Translations under genes and position numbers: made by a program
From: Trichosphaerium sp. ATCC 40318
Taxonomy: Eukaryota > Protista > Tubulinea
Reading direction: 5' to 3'
Length of the DNA stretch: 64,000 bases
Assembly: GCA_038496445.1 (NCBI GenBank)
Contig: JALMLS010000155.1
Coordinates: 62,001 to 126,000, forward strand
Notes under the pieces: generated by a model
The model's database searches: none
The model's input: only the letters and a program-made list of their open reading frames with translations
What the model was told of the DNA's origin: nothing
Shown: positions 12,933 to 24,260 of the stretch, piece after piece
Layout of the letters: each line of letters opens with the position of its first letter
Numbering within the stretch: position 1 is the first letter of the stretch

Positions 12933-14231
12933 TCAACATAACCTGTAGCCACAACTTGTAAACATACTAAGCATATTATCGCCAATGGATTGCTCAAGAG
13001 CAGCTTTTGGAGGTGTAAAATAGATACTTGTTGCTAAACCAGCTCCGACTCTAACTGTATATGGTATTGCCGCAGGTGGAGGAGGAGGACATTGCGCTAG
13101 TGGACTAAATAATTTATTTGTATTTTCTTTCAAATGAAAACGCACAGTGCCAATACAACGGGAAGAACATTGACTTCTTTTGGAATACTAGCGCATATTT
13201 CGTGTAGGATGATTGGATTCCCTTTGTCTTTTTTGGTTTGCTAAAGAGAAGTTTAGTGGTAAGCAATCTAGGGTTTAAACTCACAATAAACATAGGTAGT
13301 TGATTACGAGTCGCAAACTTAACCCTCTTCGTATCCCATCCGAAATGAAACACATGTTTGAAGTTCTGAGTACAATTAGCTAACCAAAAAAACTAACAAA
13401 AAACGTACTTGTGGTATCGAAATTTGAGGGTTAGCTCTCTCCTTGCCTCCCTTTGTCTTTGGTTTCTTACTGAACAAACTAATGCTTTTCGTTACTTTGT
13501 ACAATCTACCTGTCTACAGGTACAAAGCGTTAATGTAACGTTCACGGTAGAATTAAATTGAAGAACTTGTACTTTTTTGTTGGATTTCCTAATTGCTTGC
13601 TTTCCGTTTTCACAATGTTTAGGTGTAGGTGCTCCCATCATCTTACAACAAGCAACTTTCTCAAGAAAAGCAGCAGCTTCGCCAGCATCCGCAAAAGACC
13701 TATTGATCAAGTTTAGATCAAGTGCAAGGAAAAAAAAAAGACAGAACATGTACAAGCCAGATACCCAATTGTCGGTCTCGAACACGTGGAAAAAATCATC
13801 AGGTGAAGCATAAGTAAACCAAAATACATCTCTTGAGAGAATATAACTGTATTATCCTACATCCATGCCTCAGAAACCAAATCACGAGTTTCACAGAATA
13901 AAAAAAAGAATGCAGAAGACTTTAGTTTATAGTTTCCAGATTATTTTTACTTGGTTTAAACGTACCTTTAAATTGATTAGCTTGATGTAGTGAGAACGGT
14001 TTTCTTTGCTTGTGGCTACAAGAAGTTACCAATTATACTGGAAATGAGAGTAGATCTCGCCAACGGTTACAGCGCCAACCAGCCCACTGAATTCCCATTC
14101 GCCTGTTGCCGCATACAAGACTACCATGTACCTGCGAAAGCTCAGCAAGCCCTACCCTTGAGTTACGGGGATCGGCGTACCTTTTTACAAGCCATAAAAT
14201 TAAGAATTATTTCCTTACAATTAGTTGACAT
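12933..14231 (-). CDS. WASP-like protein (WH1, basic region, CRIB, short polyproline); one apparent 1-nt frameshift; 3' end uncertain
   Basis: WH1 motifs WEFSGLVGAV, RSHYIKLINL, IFSQEMY, FFHVFETD and FADAGEAAAFLEKV. CRIB ISIPQNFKHVFHFGWD, then PPPPP. Frameshift near 13816. Confidence 0.75.
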
Positions 14232-14750
14232 TGCGTAATTTTTATGTTGACAAACAAAAACGAGTGATTCAGGCCGAAACTGAAGTCGTTCTACATGCCC
14301 ACAAACTGAAGACCGAAATTAGGATCTTTTCTTTCCACCACTGCGTGAACAAGCGTTGTGCAAACCACTCACAAGAGAGTTGATACTTCTAGGTTGGTTA
14401 GCTAATACCGTTACGGCTAATCATAGCCAACAAAGACTTGCTTCACCGACCGTGGCCTAACAAAGCCTGTTTACAAGGCATAGTGTGCCAAAACAGTTTA
14501 TTACTCATTGAAACAGCGCAACAGTCTATATGTTTGGTCTTTGAATCAGCAAACGAAAGAGTTGAATAAAAATACCTGGGATAGTCAGTTATTGGTACTG
14601 ACTGGCTGACTTGTACTTTCCATAGATCTAGCTGTGCGCCGGCAGAATAGTTGTGAATCAATCACGTCTTTTCACAAAAGAAACCACGGTAGTACACAAT
14701 ACCGGATAATTTCAACTTGAGTGGCCATAATCATATTAGATACCTTCGAG

Positions 14751-15187
14751 ATGACACAACACTTCCTACCAATCGTTACTTTACTTCTTACAACCATATT
14801 TTGTTCTGTGCTTTGTGAAGAAGAAGGTAAATGTACATTCAAATGGTGCTCTCGAAAGTACACGCTCCGTTCAACAGAGACAGGAGGTAATGCCACCACA
14901 AAATAAATGCAATTGACTGTTGTTTAGGCTTTGTCACTGATAAGATATATTGCAGTGACTATTGGGGAAGCTGCCCATCATTCTCTTTGAAAGTATGTAC
15001 TTGTTGTTTTACCTAGAAATCACGTGACAAGTTTTAGGTCAGAGGCGAAAAAGAAGAGTTGTTTAGAATATCTGGGTCCAAAACATGCAAACGGTGTAAC
15101 AAGCGTACCCAAGATGGCAAAAAATGTAATGACTATGCACACGATCTTTCTGTAGACGTTGATCAATCAGTGTACAGGTGTAATTAG
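14751..15187 (+). CDS. Small secreted Cys-containing protein (mirror copy near 22385-22821, minus strand)
   Basis: Signal peptide MTQHFLPIVTLLLTTIFCSVLC. Spliced exons FVTDKIYCSDYWGSCPSFSLK and VRGEKEELFRISGSKTCKRCNKRTQDGKKCNDYAHDLSVDVDQSVYRCN. Confidence 0.6.
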
Positions 15188-15538
15188 GCACTAACCCTGT
15201 TCTTTGTGGATTAGTGTAATTGTTGATGTGCAATTGTAAACGTATTGCAATATAAAACGCGATTAGTATTAGATAAGTCTTTTAGTTTATTTATCAGCAA
15301 GTTTGTTCTACACTACCAACTGCCTTTGAATAACAAAGACATTATATCGCTAACAATTCAAAATTGGAAAATAGCAGTTCACAAGCTTCACAACATTTTG
15401 TTCAAGTAACAGCGCTCTAAGGCTTATTGAAAATGCAAAGAAATGTCTATGATCGCATTTGTTTTACTTGCAACTACTCGCTTAGATAACAACAAGCATC
15501 TGTGATAGCAGGGGTAAGATCCATTTATTTACTAGAGT

Positions 15539-16391
15539 TTAGTGACAAACAGAGCACAAACACTTTCTTTGGGTGCCAGTAGGTGTGGTAACAATAGTAC
15601 GGGTACAACCTTCAGGATCATGGAATCCAAGTGCTGTTAAGCGACCAACACAGCTAATATCTCGGCAAGGTGGTAAAAAGCTTGGTGCACATGTTTGTTC
15701 CCTCAAGGTTTGGTCTCTTGGAACACAAATACAATCGCGAATTGGAGCTAGAGACCACCAAATTAGTATGAAGATCGCGAACTTCAAGCAATGGTATTAC
15801 ATACCTGTTGCTGTTCCTCTGTTAACCCGCATACAACCTGTATCTTGACCAGTTATAGCGCCTCTACGACGGCATGAGTTGTCCTGACATACGCCTGTTG
15901 ATAGAAGCTCGCAGCAAGGTTTGTCGTCACAGATAATACATTGACAACCTTCAGTTGTAGGCCAACACTGGCCATCAAAGAAACCTATCGCTTGCATTCT
16001 CGCTTGGCAAGATAAATCAGTACATCCTGTGGCTGTTCTCTCGCAGGTCTGGAGCACTAAGGCTGGTTCATCTACAACACAGGCACAACGTTTTTCAGTC
16101 ACGCCAGCTATTGAATTGTGAGTGAATTTGAACTGTTTGTATAGTTACTAGGATCGCCCTCTTGCGTACCTCCTATAATTTTCTTCATCAATTTACAGAA
16201 CGTTGGTAAGCCTCCACCAAGTCCAGAGCAAGTAACATCACTACAACTATCTGTAATAGGATCGTACTTACAGCATTCCTTTGAAGATACCTAACCAATT
16301 GTTATGGTTCGAAACTGTTCATTGTGTTGAAGTATAGCCTTACAATAACTAACAGAGCAAAGCAGACGAAAAGATGTAAACGCATAATCAT
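15539..16391 (-). CDS. Secreted protein with four Cys-rich repeats
   Basis: Signal peptide MIMRLHLFVCFALLVI, three introns, and a repeated CxDx(S/T)C...G...C...CxC unit. Confidence 0.7.
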
Positions 16392-16820
16392 TTTTGGCTT
16401 TTTAAAAAAACGCCCAAATAAATCACGTGAACAAAATCTGTTTACTGAATATTTAGATAACGACCTAAAACCAGCATGGAAAACTTGCGTCACGCTTGCC
16501 CAATAATTGCGGGCCTTTACTGTCGGTTATTTTCACTTATGGGAAGCGGAGAAAAGGGCAAAATTAGGCGCGTTTGGTTTGTTCATGCGAGTTTTCGGTT
16601 TTTTATGAATTGGTTTCACTTCTGTTGAAATGCATTGCATGCCAATACGCGCCAGAGAAGGAACTGATTTAGGGTATAAATAATTGGATTCCGAAGATAA
16701 AAAACATAGCATTAGGTTAAACCAGTTGTGTTTTCTGAAACATTGGAAGAAAAATGAGGCAGCGCAAACACAAAATAATAATTTTTTCAACCTACGCATT
16801 GATTGGGTGTTGAGAAAATT

Positions 16821-19131
16821 TTATTCTTGACGATAAGCTACAGCAAGAGGCGAATGCATAGCCTGTGTAGATACAGGAATCTCAATAGTGGTTGATCCCA
16901 AACCAAAAGCTGTCGCTTTTAAAACAATGTTGACAAGATTTGCGTTTGGATCAGTAACAACCTTTGTAACTACCCCACCGTCAACATCTATTTCTTTCTG
17001 AAGTTCTCTGTCGTCCGTAACATGATTTTCAGTAACTTGAACAACAGCACGGGCAAGCCCATGGTATGTTGTTCTTTTCTTAGCTTTGTTTTTTTCATGT
17101 GATCCTGAATCACCATTACCGACACCAATAACCACACCAGGTCCTGAAGTTACAGAAAATGTAATAGATATACTGCTAGAGGTACAAAGACGTCCCTACG
17201 AAAAAACACAGTAAGCAAACGGGCAGAATTCACGTGAAAGCAAGAAAAGACTTCAGGTAGTTTTTCAGTGAATAACAAACGAAGAATACCTCTGCGTCAA
17301 TTACTTCGGCTCTTACAAGAGCGACATCTTGTCCATCTGCGTATAATGATGTTCCTGTTCCGGTAGCAACTGATGGAGCATCCAAGGATAACCTTATAGA
17401 CTTTGGAGCTCCTGGAGTTGTAATACTGTGCTCTGCTATTTTTCTTCCATCGTGACTGTATCCAACAGCTTTGAGCGTTCCTGCTTTGAACGATACATTA
17501 TTCCATTGTGTCCAATTAGCCCAACCCATCTGTCTAACACCGAGGCTCTTCCCGTTAAGTAACAACTCATTCACTGGAGCGTTACTGTAGACAGAAATGT
17601 AAGGCGGACTAACTTTTCCGTCCCAAACTTGTTGTATTTCGATTGTGTCACATTGAGGTAGATCAGGACGACCATAATCAGATTCAGTAATGTTACACAG
17701 CCACCAAGATCGATACCTAAACAAGATTAAGAATGACAATAAGGGGTGAGGAACATAGGCAAATAATAAAAAGTAGAAAAGAAAAACATTTGTCGAATTT
17801 GCACGTGTTTTTGAAAGAAAAAAATGCGAAAAAAAACCAGGCATACCATGCTACTGCGCCTTTGGCGAAACCTGCCAGGTCAAAAATACCGTAATTGCAA
17901 GATACTTGAGGCCAATTATGCGGTGTAGGTTCTCCAATATAATCAAATAAAGTCCAAACGCCCAAAGTTCCTGCAATATATTCTTTAATACTTCCAGTTG
18001 TTGGATCATAAGCTTTAGTCCATGACTGCTGACATCCGGTCCTTTCACCTTTCGAGCAAAACCACCATGATAAACAAGGCCCATCAAAGCTACTGCTAAA
18101 AGCTCCAGCACTTGCGTTGACGATATTCTCGCCACGTTGAATTGGACAAGAAGATGACTCGGAAGATACCATCGGAGTGTTAGGATTTGCTTTATGGAAT
18201 GTATCAAAGTCTAAAGAAAAGTGACTGTATCCTTGTACGTCTAGGTCTTTGGATAAGTCTTGGCTACTTGGAGGATCCATATTCGCTGATACAGGTCTCA
18301 TCTTGTCGTATTGTTTTACTTGCAAATATGTCAGAAAGTCACTTTCATTATGATAGTAAAATTGAGGCGCACCTGCATCTCTGAAGGCTTGTCCAGTACT
18401 AGCATCCAATTGATAACACTCTACTTCATTACAGAATGACCATATGACTATGGAGGCGTGGTTCCTATCTCTCATAACCATATCAGACATATGACCGACT
18501 AAACGATAAACGATTAGTACACAGCAACCTTTCTAGAAAGAGACAAGAAAAAATCAAAACTTCAATGATGGTACTCACCTTGATATTTGGTATAATCCCT
18601 GTTTTCATCCCAACACATTATACCCAAACTATCGAGTATGTCATAAGCAACAGGGTCGCCAGGATTATGACTCATTCTCCATGAATTACCGCCAACACGA
18701 CGTAACATCTGAGCTCTGTAGAGATTGATACGTGCTTGAACTGCAGTACCAACACCAGCGAAATCATTGTGATCAGAAAATCCTCTAAAAATAGTATGCT
18801 TCTCGTTAAGGAAGAATCCATGATTTGCATCCCATCTAGTCGATCTGAAACCTACTGTGGTATCATCATTATCCAATGAATTACTGGCACTGTCCATTAC
18901 AGTTACTTTAACATGATAGAGGTATGTTTTTTTTATCGACCATAAATGAGGCTTAGCATAGACCATAGAGGCTGCTATTGATGCTGTTCCGTTAATTGCT
19001 AGAGTTCCATTTACTGATGCGGTTTTGATTAAGACATAGGTATCGTCCATGAGAGTAAAGACAACATGCACCTGAGTATCCGTTGATTTTGTGTTTCGAA
19101 GTACTATTTCAGGTTTTAATGTCACAGTGAG
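16821..19131 (-). CDS. GH2 beta-galactosidase, copy 1 (5'-truncated at the inversion junction)
   Basis: RDRNHASIVIWSFCNE, WRMSHNP, WTLFDYIGEP, GVGNGD. Natural C-terminus AVAYRQE. Confidence 0.85.
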
Positions 19132-19157
19132 GCTAGTATATGACCAAGTCCATTCTG

Positions 19158-20751
19158 TCAATTGGATGCTAGTACTGGACAAGCCTTCAGAGATGCAGGT
19201 GCGCCTCAATTTTACTATCATAATGAAAGTGACTTTCTGACATATTTGCAAGTAAAACAATACGACAAGATGAGACCTGTATCAGCGAATATGGATCCTC
19301 CAAGTAGCCAAGACTTATCCAAAGACCTAGACGTACAAGGATACAGTCACTTTTCTTTAGACTTTGATACATTCCATAAAGCAAATCCTAACACTCCGAT
19401 GGTATCTTCCGAGTCATCTTCTTGTCCAATTCAACGTGGCGAGAATATCGTCAACGCAAGTGCTGGAGCTTTTAGCAGTAGCTTTGATGGGCCTTGTTTA
19501 TCATGGTGGTTTTGCTCGAAAGGTGAAAGGACCGGATGTCAGCAGTCATGGACTAAAGCTTATGATCCAACAACTGGAAGTATTAAAGAATATATTGCAG
19601 GAACTTTGGGCGTTTGGACTTTATTTGATTATATTGGAGAACCTACACCGCATAATTGGCCTCAAGTATCTTGCAATTACGGTATTTTTGACCTGGCAGG
19701 TTTCGCCAAAGGCGCAGTAGCATGGTATGCCTGGTTTTTTTTTCGCATTTTTTTCTTTCAAAAACACGTGCAAATTCGACAAATGTTTTTCTTTTCTACT
19801 TTTTATTATTTGCCTATGTTCCTCACCCCTTATTGTCATTCTTAATCTTGTTTAGGTATCGATCTTGGTGGCTGTGTAACATTACTGAATCTGATTATGG
19901 TCGTCCTGATCTACCTCAATGTGACACAATCGAAATACAACAAGTTTGGGACGGAAAAGTTAGTCCGCCTTACATTTCTGTCTACAGTAACGCTCCAGTG
20001 AATGAGTTGTTACTTAACGGGAAGAGCCTCGGTGTTAGACAGATGGGTTGGGCTAATTGGACACAATGGAATAATGTATCGTTCAAAGCAGGAACGCTCA
20101 AAGCTGTTGGATACAGTCACGATGGAAGAAAAATAGCAGAGCACAGTATTACAACTCCAGGAGCTCCAAAGTCTATAAGGTTATCCTTGGATGCTCCATC
20201 AGTTGCTACCGGAACAGGAACATCATTATACGCAGATGGACAAGATGTCGCTCTTGTAAGAGCCGAAGTAATTGACGCAGAGGTATTCTTCGTTTGTTAT
20301 TCACTGAAAAACTACCTGAAGTCTTTTCTTGCTTTCACGTGAATTCTGCCCGTTTGCTTACTGTGTTTTTTCGTAGGGACGTCTTTGTACCTCTAGCAGT
20401 ATATCTATTACATTTTCTGTAACTTCAGGACCTGGTGTGGTTATTGGTGTCGGTAATGGTGATTCAGGATCACATGAAAAAAACAAAGCTAAGAAAAGAA
20501 CAACATACCATGGGCTTGCCCGTGCTGTTGTTCAAGTTACTGAAAATCATGTTACGGACGACAGAGAACTTCAGAAAGAAATAGATGTTGACGGTGGGGT
20601 AGTTACAAAGGTTGTTACTGATCCAAACGCAAATCTTGTCAACATTGTTTTAAAAGCGACAGCTTTTGGTTTGGGATCAACCACTATTGAGATTCCTGTA
20701 TCTACACAGGCTATGCATTCGCCTCTTGCTGTAGCTTATCGTCAAGAATAA
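19158..20751 (+). pseudogene. GH2 beta-galactosidase, copy 2 (inverted 3' fragment)
   Basis: Essentially identical to 16821-18413 in the opposite orientation. It begins just downstream of the catalytic NE motif. Confidence 0.8.
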
Positions 20752-21180
20752 AATTTTCTCAACACCCAATCAATGCGTAGGTTGAAAAAATTATTATTTT
20801 GTGTTTGCGCTGCCTCATTTTTCTTCCAATGTTTCAGAAAACACAACTGGTTTAACCTAATGCTATGTTTTTTATCTTCGGAATCCAATTATTTATACCC
20901 TAAATCAGTTCCTTCTCTGGCGCGTATTGGCATGCAATGCATTTCAACAGAAGTGAAACCAATTCATAAAAAACCGAAAACTCGCATGAACAAACCAAAC
21001 GCGCCTAATTTTGCCCTTTTCTCCGCTTCCCATAAGTGAAAATAACCGACAGTAAAGGCCCGCAATTATTGGGCAAGCGTGACGCAAGTTTTCCATGCTG
21101 GTTTTAGGTCGTTATCTAAATATTCAGTAAACAGATTTTGTTCACGTGATTTATTTGGGCGTTTTTTTAAAAAGCCAAAA

Positions 21181-22033
21181 ATGATTATGCGTTTACATCT
21201 TTTCGTCTGCTTTGCTCTGTTAGTTATTGTAAGGCTATACTTCAACACAATGAACAGTTTCGAACCATAACAATTGGTTAGGTATCTTCAAAGGAATGCT
21301 GTAAGTACGATCCTATTACAGATAGTTGTAGTGATGTTACTTGCTCTGGACTTGGTGGAGGCTTACCAACGTTCTGTAAATTGATGAAGAAAATTATAGG
21401 AGGTACGCAAGAGGGCGATCCTAGTAACTATACAAACAGTTCAAATTCACTCACAATTCAATAGCTGGCGTGACTGAAAAACGTTGTGCCTGTGTTGTAG
21501 ATGAACCAGCCTTAGTGCTCCAGACCTGCGAGAGAACAGCCACAGGATGTACTGATTTATCTTGCCAAGCGAGAATGCAAGCGATAGGTTTCTTTGATGG
21601 CCAGTGTTGGCCTACAACTGAAGGTTGTCAATGTATTATCTGTGACGACAAACCTTGCTGCGAGCTTCTATCAACAGGCGTATGTCAGGACAACTCATGC
21701 CGTCGTAGAGGCGCTATAACTGGTCAAGATACAGGTTGTATGCGGGTTAACAGAGGAACAGCAACAGGTATGTAATACCATTGCTTGAAGTTCGCGATCT
21801 TCATACTAATTTGGTGGTCTCTAGCTCCAATTCGCGATTGTATTTGTGTTCCAAGAGACCAAACCTTGAGGGAACAAACATGTGCACCAAGCTTTTTACC
21901 ACCTTGCCGAGATATTAGCTGTGTTGGTCGCTTAACAGCACTTGGATTCCATGATCCTGAAGGTTGTACCCGTACTATTGTTACCACACCTACTGGCACC
22001 CAAAGAAAGTGTTTGTGCTCTGTTTGTCACTAA
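21181..22033 (+). CDS. Mirror copy of the four-repeat Cys-rich secreted protein
   Basis: Same ORF translations as 15539-16391. Confidence 0.65.
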
Positions 22034-23340
22034 ACTCTAGTAAATAAATGGATCTTACCCCTGCTATCACAGATGCTTGTTGTTATCTAAGCGAGTAGTT
22101 GCAAGTAAAACAAATGCGATCATAGACATTTCTTTGCATTTTCAATAAGCCTTAGAGCGCTGTTACTTGAACAAAATGTTGTGAAGCTTGTGAACTGCTA
22201 TTTTCCAATTTTGAATTGTTAGCGATATAATGTCTTTGTTATTCAAAGGCAGTTGGTAGTGTAGAACAAACTTGCTGATAAATAAACTAAAAGACTTATC
22301 TAATACTAATCGCGTTTTATATTGCAATACGTTTACAATTGCACATCAACAATTACACTAATCCACAAAGAACAGGGTTAGTGCCTAATTACACCTGTAC
22401 ACTGATTGATCAACGTCTACAGAAAGATCGTGTGCATAGTCATTACATTTTTTGCCATCTTGGGTACGCTTGTTACACCGTTTGCATGTTTTGGACCCAG
22501 ATATTCTAAACAACTCTTCTTTTTCGCCTCTGACCTAAAACTTGTCACGTGATTTCTAGGTAAAACAACAAGTACATACTTTCAAAGAGAATGATGGGCA
22601 GCTTCCCCAATAGTCACTGCAATATATCTTATCAGTGACAAAGCCTAAACAACAGTCAATTGCATTTATTTTGTGGTGGCATTACCTCCTGTCTCTGTTG
22701 AACGGAGCGTGTACTTTCGAGAGCACCATTTGAATGTACATTTACCTTCTTCTTCACAAAGCACAGAACAAAATATGGTTGTAAGAAGTAAAGTAACGAT
22801 TGGTAGGAAGTGTTGTGTCATCTCGAAGGTATCTAATATGATTATGGCCACTCAAGTTGAAATTATCCGGTATTGTGTACTACCGTGGTTTCTTTTGTGA
22901 AAAGACGTGATTGATTCACAACTATTCTGCCGGCGCACAGCTAGATCTATGGAAAGTACAAGTCAGCCAGTCAGTACCAATAACTGACTATCCCAGGTAT
23001 TTTTATTCAACTCTTTCGTTTGCTGATTCAAAGACCAAACATATAGACTGTTGCGCTGTTTCAATGAGTAATAAACTGTTTTGGCACACTATGCCTTGTA
23101 AACAGGCTTTGTTAGGCCACGGTCGGTGAAGCAAGTCTTTGTTGGCTATGATTAGCCGTAACGGTATTAGCTAACCAACCTAGAAGTATCAACTCTCTTG
23201 TGAGTGGTTTGCACAACGCTTGTTCACGCAGTGGTGGAAAGAAAAGATCCTAATTTCGGTCTTCAGTTTGTGGGCATGTAGAACGACTTCAGTTTCGGCC
23301 TGAATCACTCGTTTTTGTTTGTCAACATAAAAATTACGCA

Positions 23341-24260
23341 ATGTCAACTAATTGTAAGGAAATAATTCTTAATTTTATGGCTTGTAAAAGGTACGCCGAT
23401 CCCCGTAACTCAAGGGTAGGGCTTGCTGAGCTTTCGCAGGTACATGGTAGTCTTGTATGCGGCAACAGGCGAAGGAATTCAGTGGGCTGGTTGGCGCTGT
23501 AACCGTTGGCGAGATCTACTCTCATTTCCAGTATAATTGGTAACTTCTTGTAGCCACAAGCAAAGAAAACCGTTCTCACTACATCAAGCTAATCAATTTA
23601 TAAGGTACGTTTAAACCAAGTAAAAATAATCTGGAAACTATAAACTAAAGTCTTCTGCATTCTTTTTTTTATTCTGTGAAACTCGTGATTTGGTTTCTGA
23701 GGCATGGATGTAGGATAATACAGTTATATTCTCTCAAGAGATGTATTTTGGTTTACTTATGCTTCACCTGATGATTTTTTCCACGTGTTCGAGACCGACA
23801 ATTGGGTATCTGGCTTGTACATGTCTGTCTTTTTTTTCCTTGCACTTGATCTAAACTTGATCAATAGGTCTTTGCGGATGCTGGCGAAGCTGCTGCTTTC
23901 TTGAGAAAGTTGCTTGTTGTAAGATGATGGAGCACCTACACCTAAACATTTTGAAAACGGAAAGCAAGCAATTAGGAAATCCAAACAAAAAAGTACAAGT
24001 TCTTCAATTTAATTCTACCGTGAACGTTACATTAACGCTTTGTACCTGTAGACAGGTAGATTGTACAAGTAACGAAAAGCATTAGTTTGTTCAGTAAGAA
24101 ACCAAAGACAAAGGGAGGCAAGGAGAGAGCTAACCCTCAAATTTCGATACCAAGTACTTTTTTTGTTAGTTTTTTTGGTTAGCTAATTGTACTCAGAACT
24201 TCAAACATGTGTTCATTTCGGATGGATACGAAGAGGTTAAGTTTGCGACTCGTAATCAAC
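23341..24260 (+). pseudogene. Inverted partial copy of the WASP-like gene with many indels
   Basis: Mirror of 13299-14231 with multiple frameshifting 1-3 nt differences. Confidence 0.7.

Larger units (their letters stand above)
13299..18413. repeat. Left arm of a 5.1 kb near-perfect inverted repeat
   Basis: Reverse complement of 19158-24260. Mirrored ORF coordinates sum to about 37571-37572. Confidence 0.97.
19158..24260. repeat. Right arm of the 5.1 kb inverted repeat
   Basis: Reverse complement of 13299-18413. The distal roughly 850 bp carries many small indels relative to the left arm. Confidence 0.97.

Noticed and set aside
13299-24260. Large transposon or Polinton-like element with long terminal inverted repeats
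   Set aside because: The arms consist of ordinary host genes, the spacer is part of the GH2 gene, and there is no transposase, integrase or target-site duplication.
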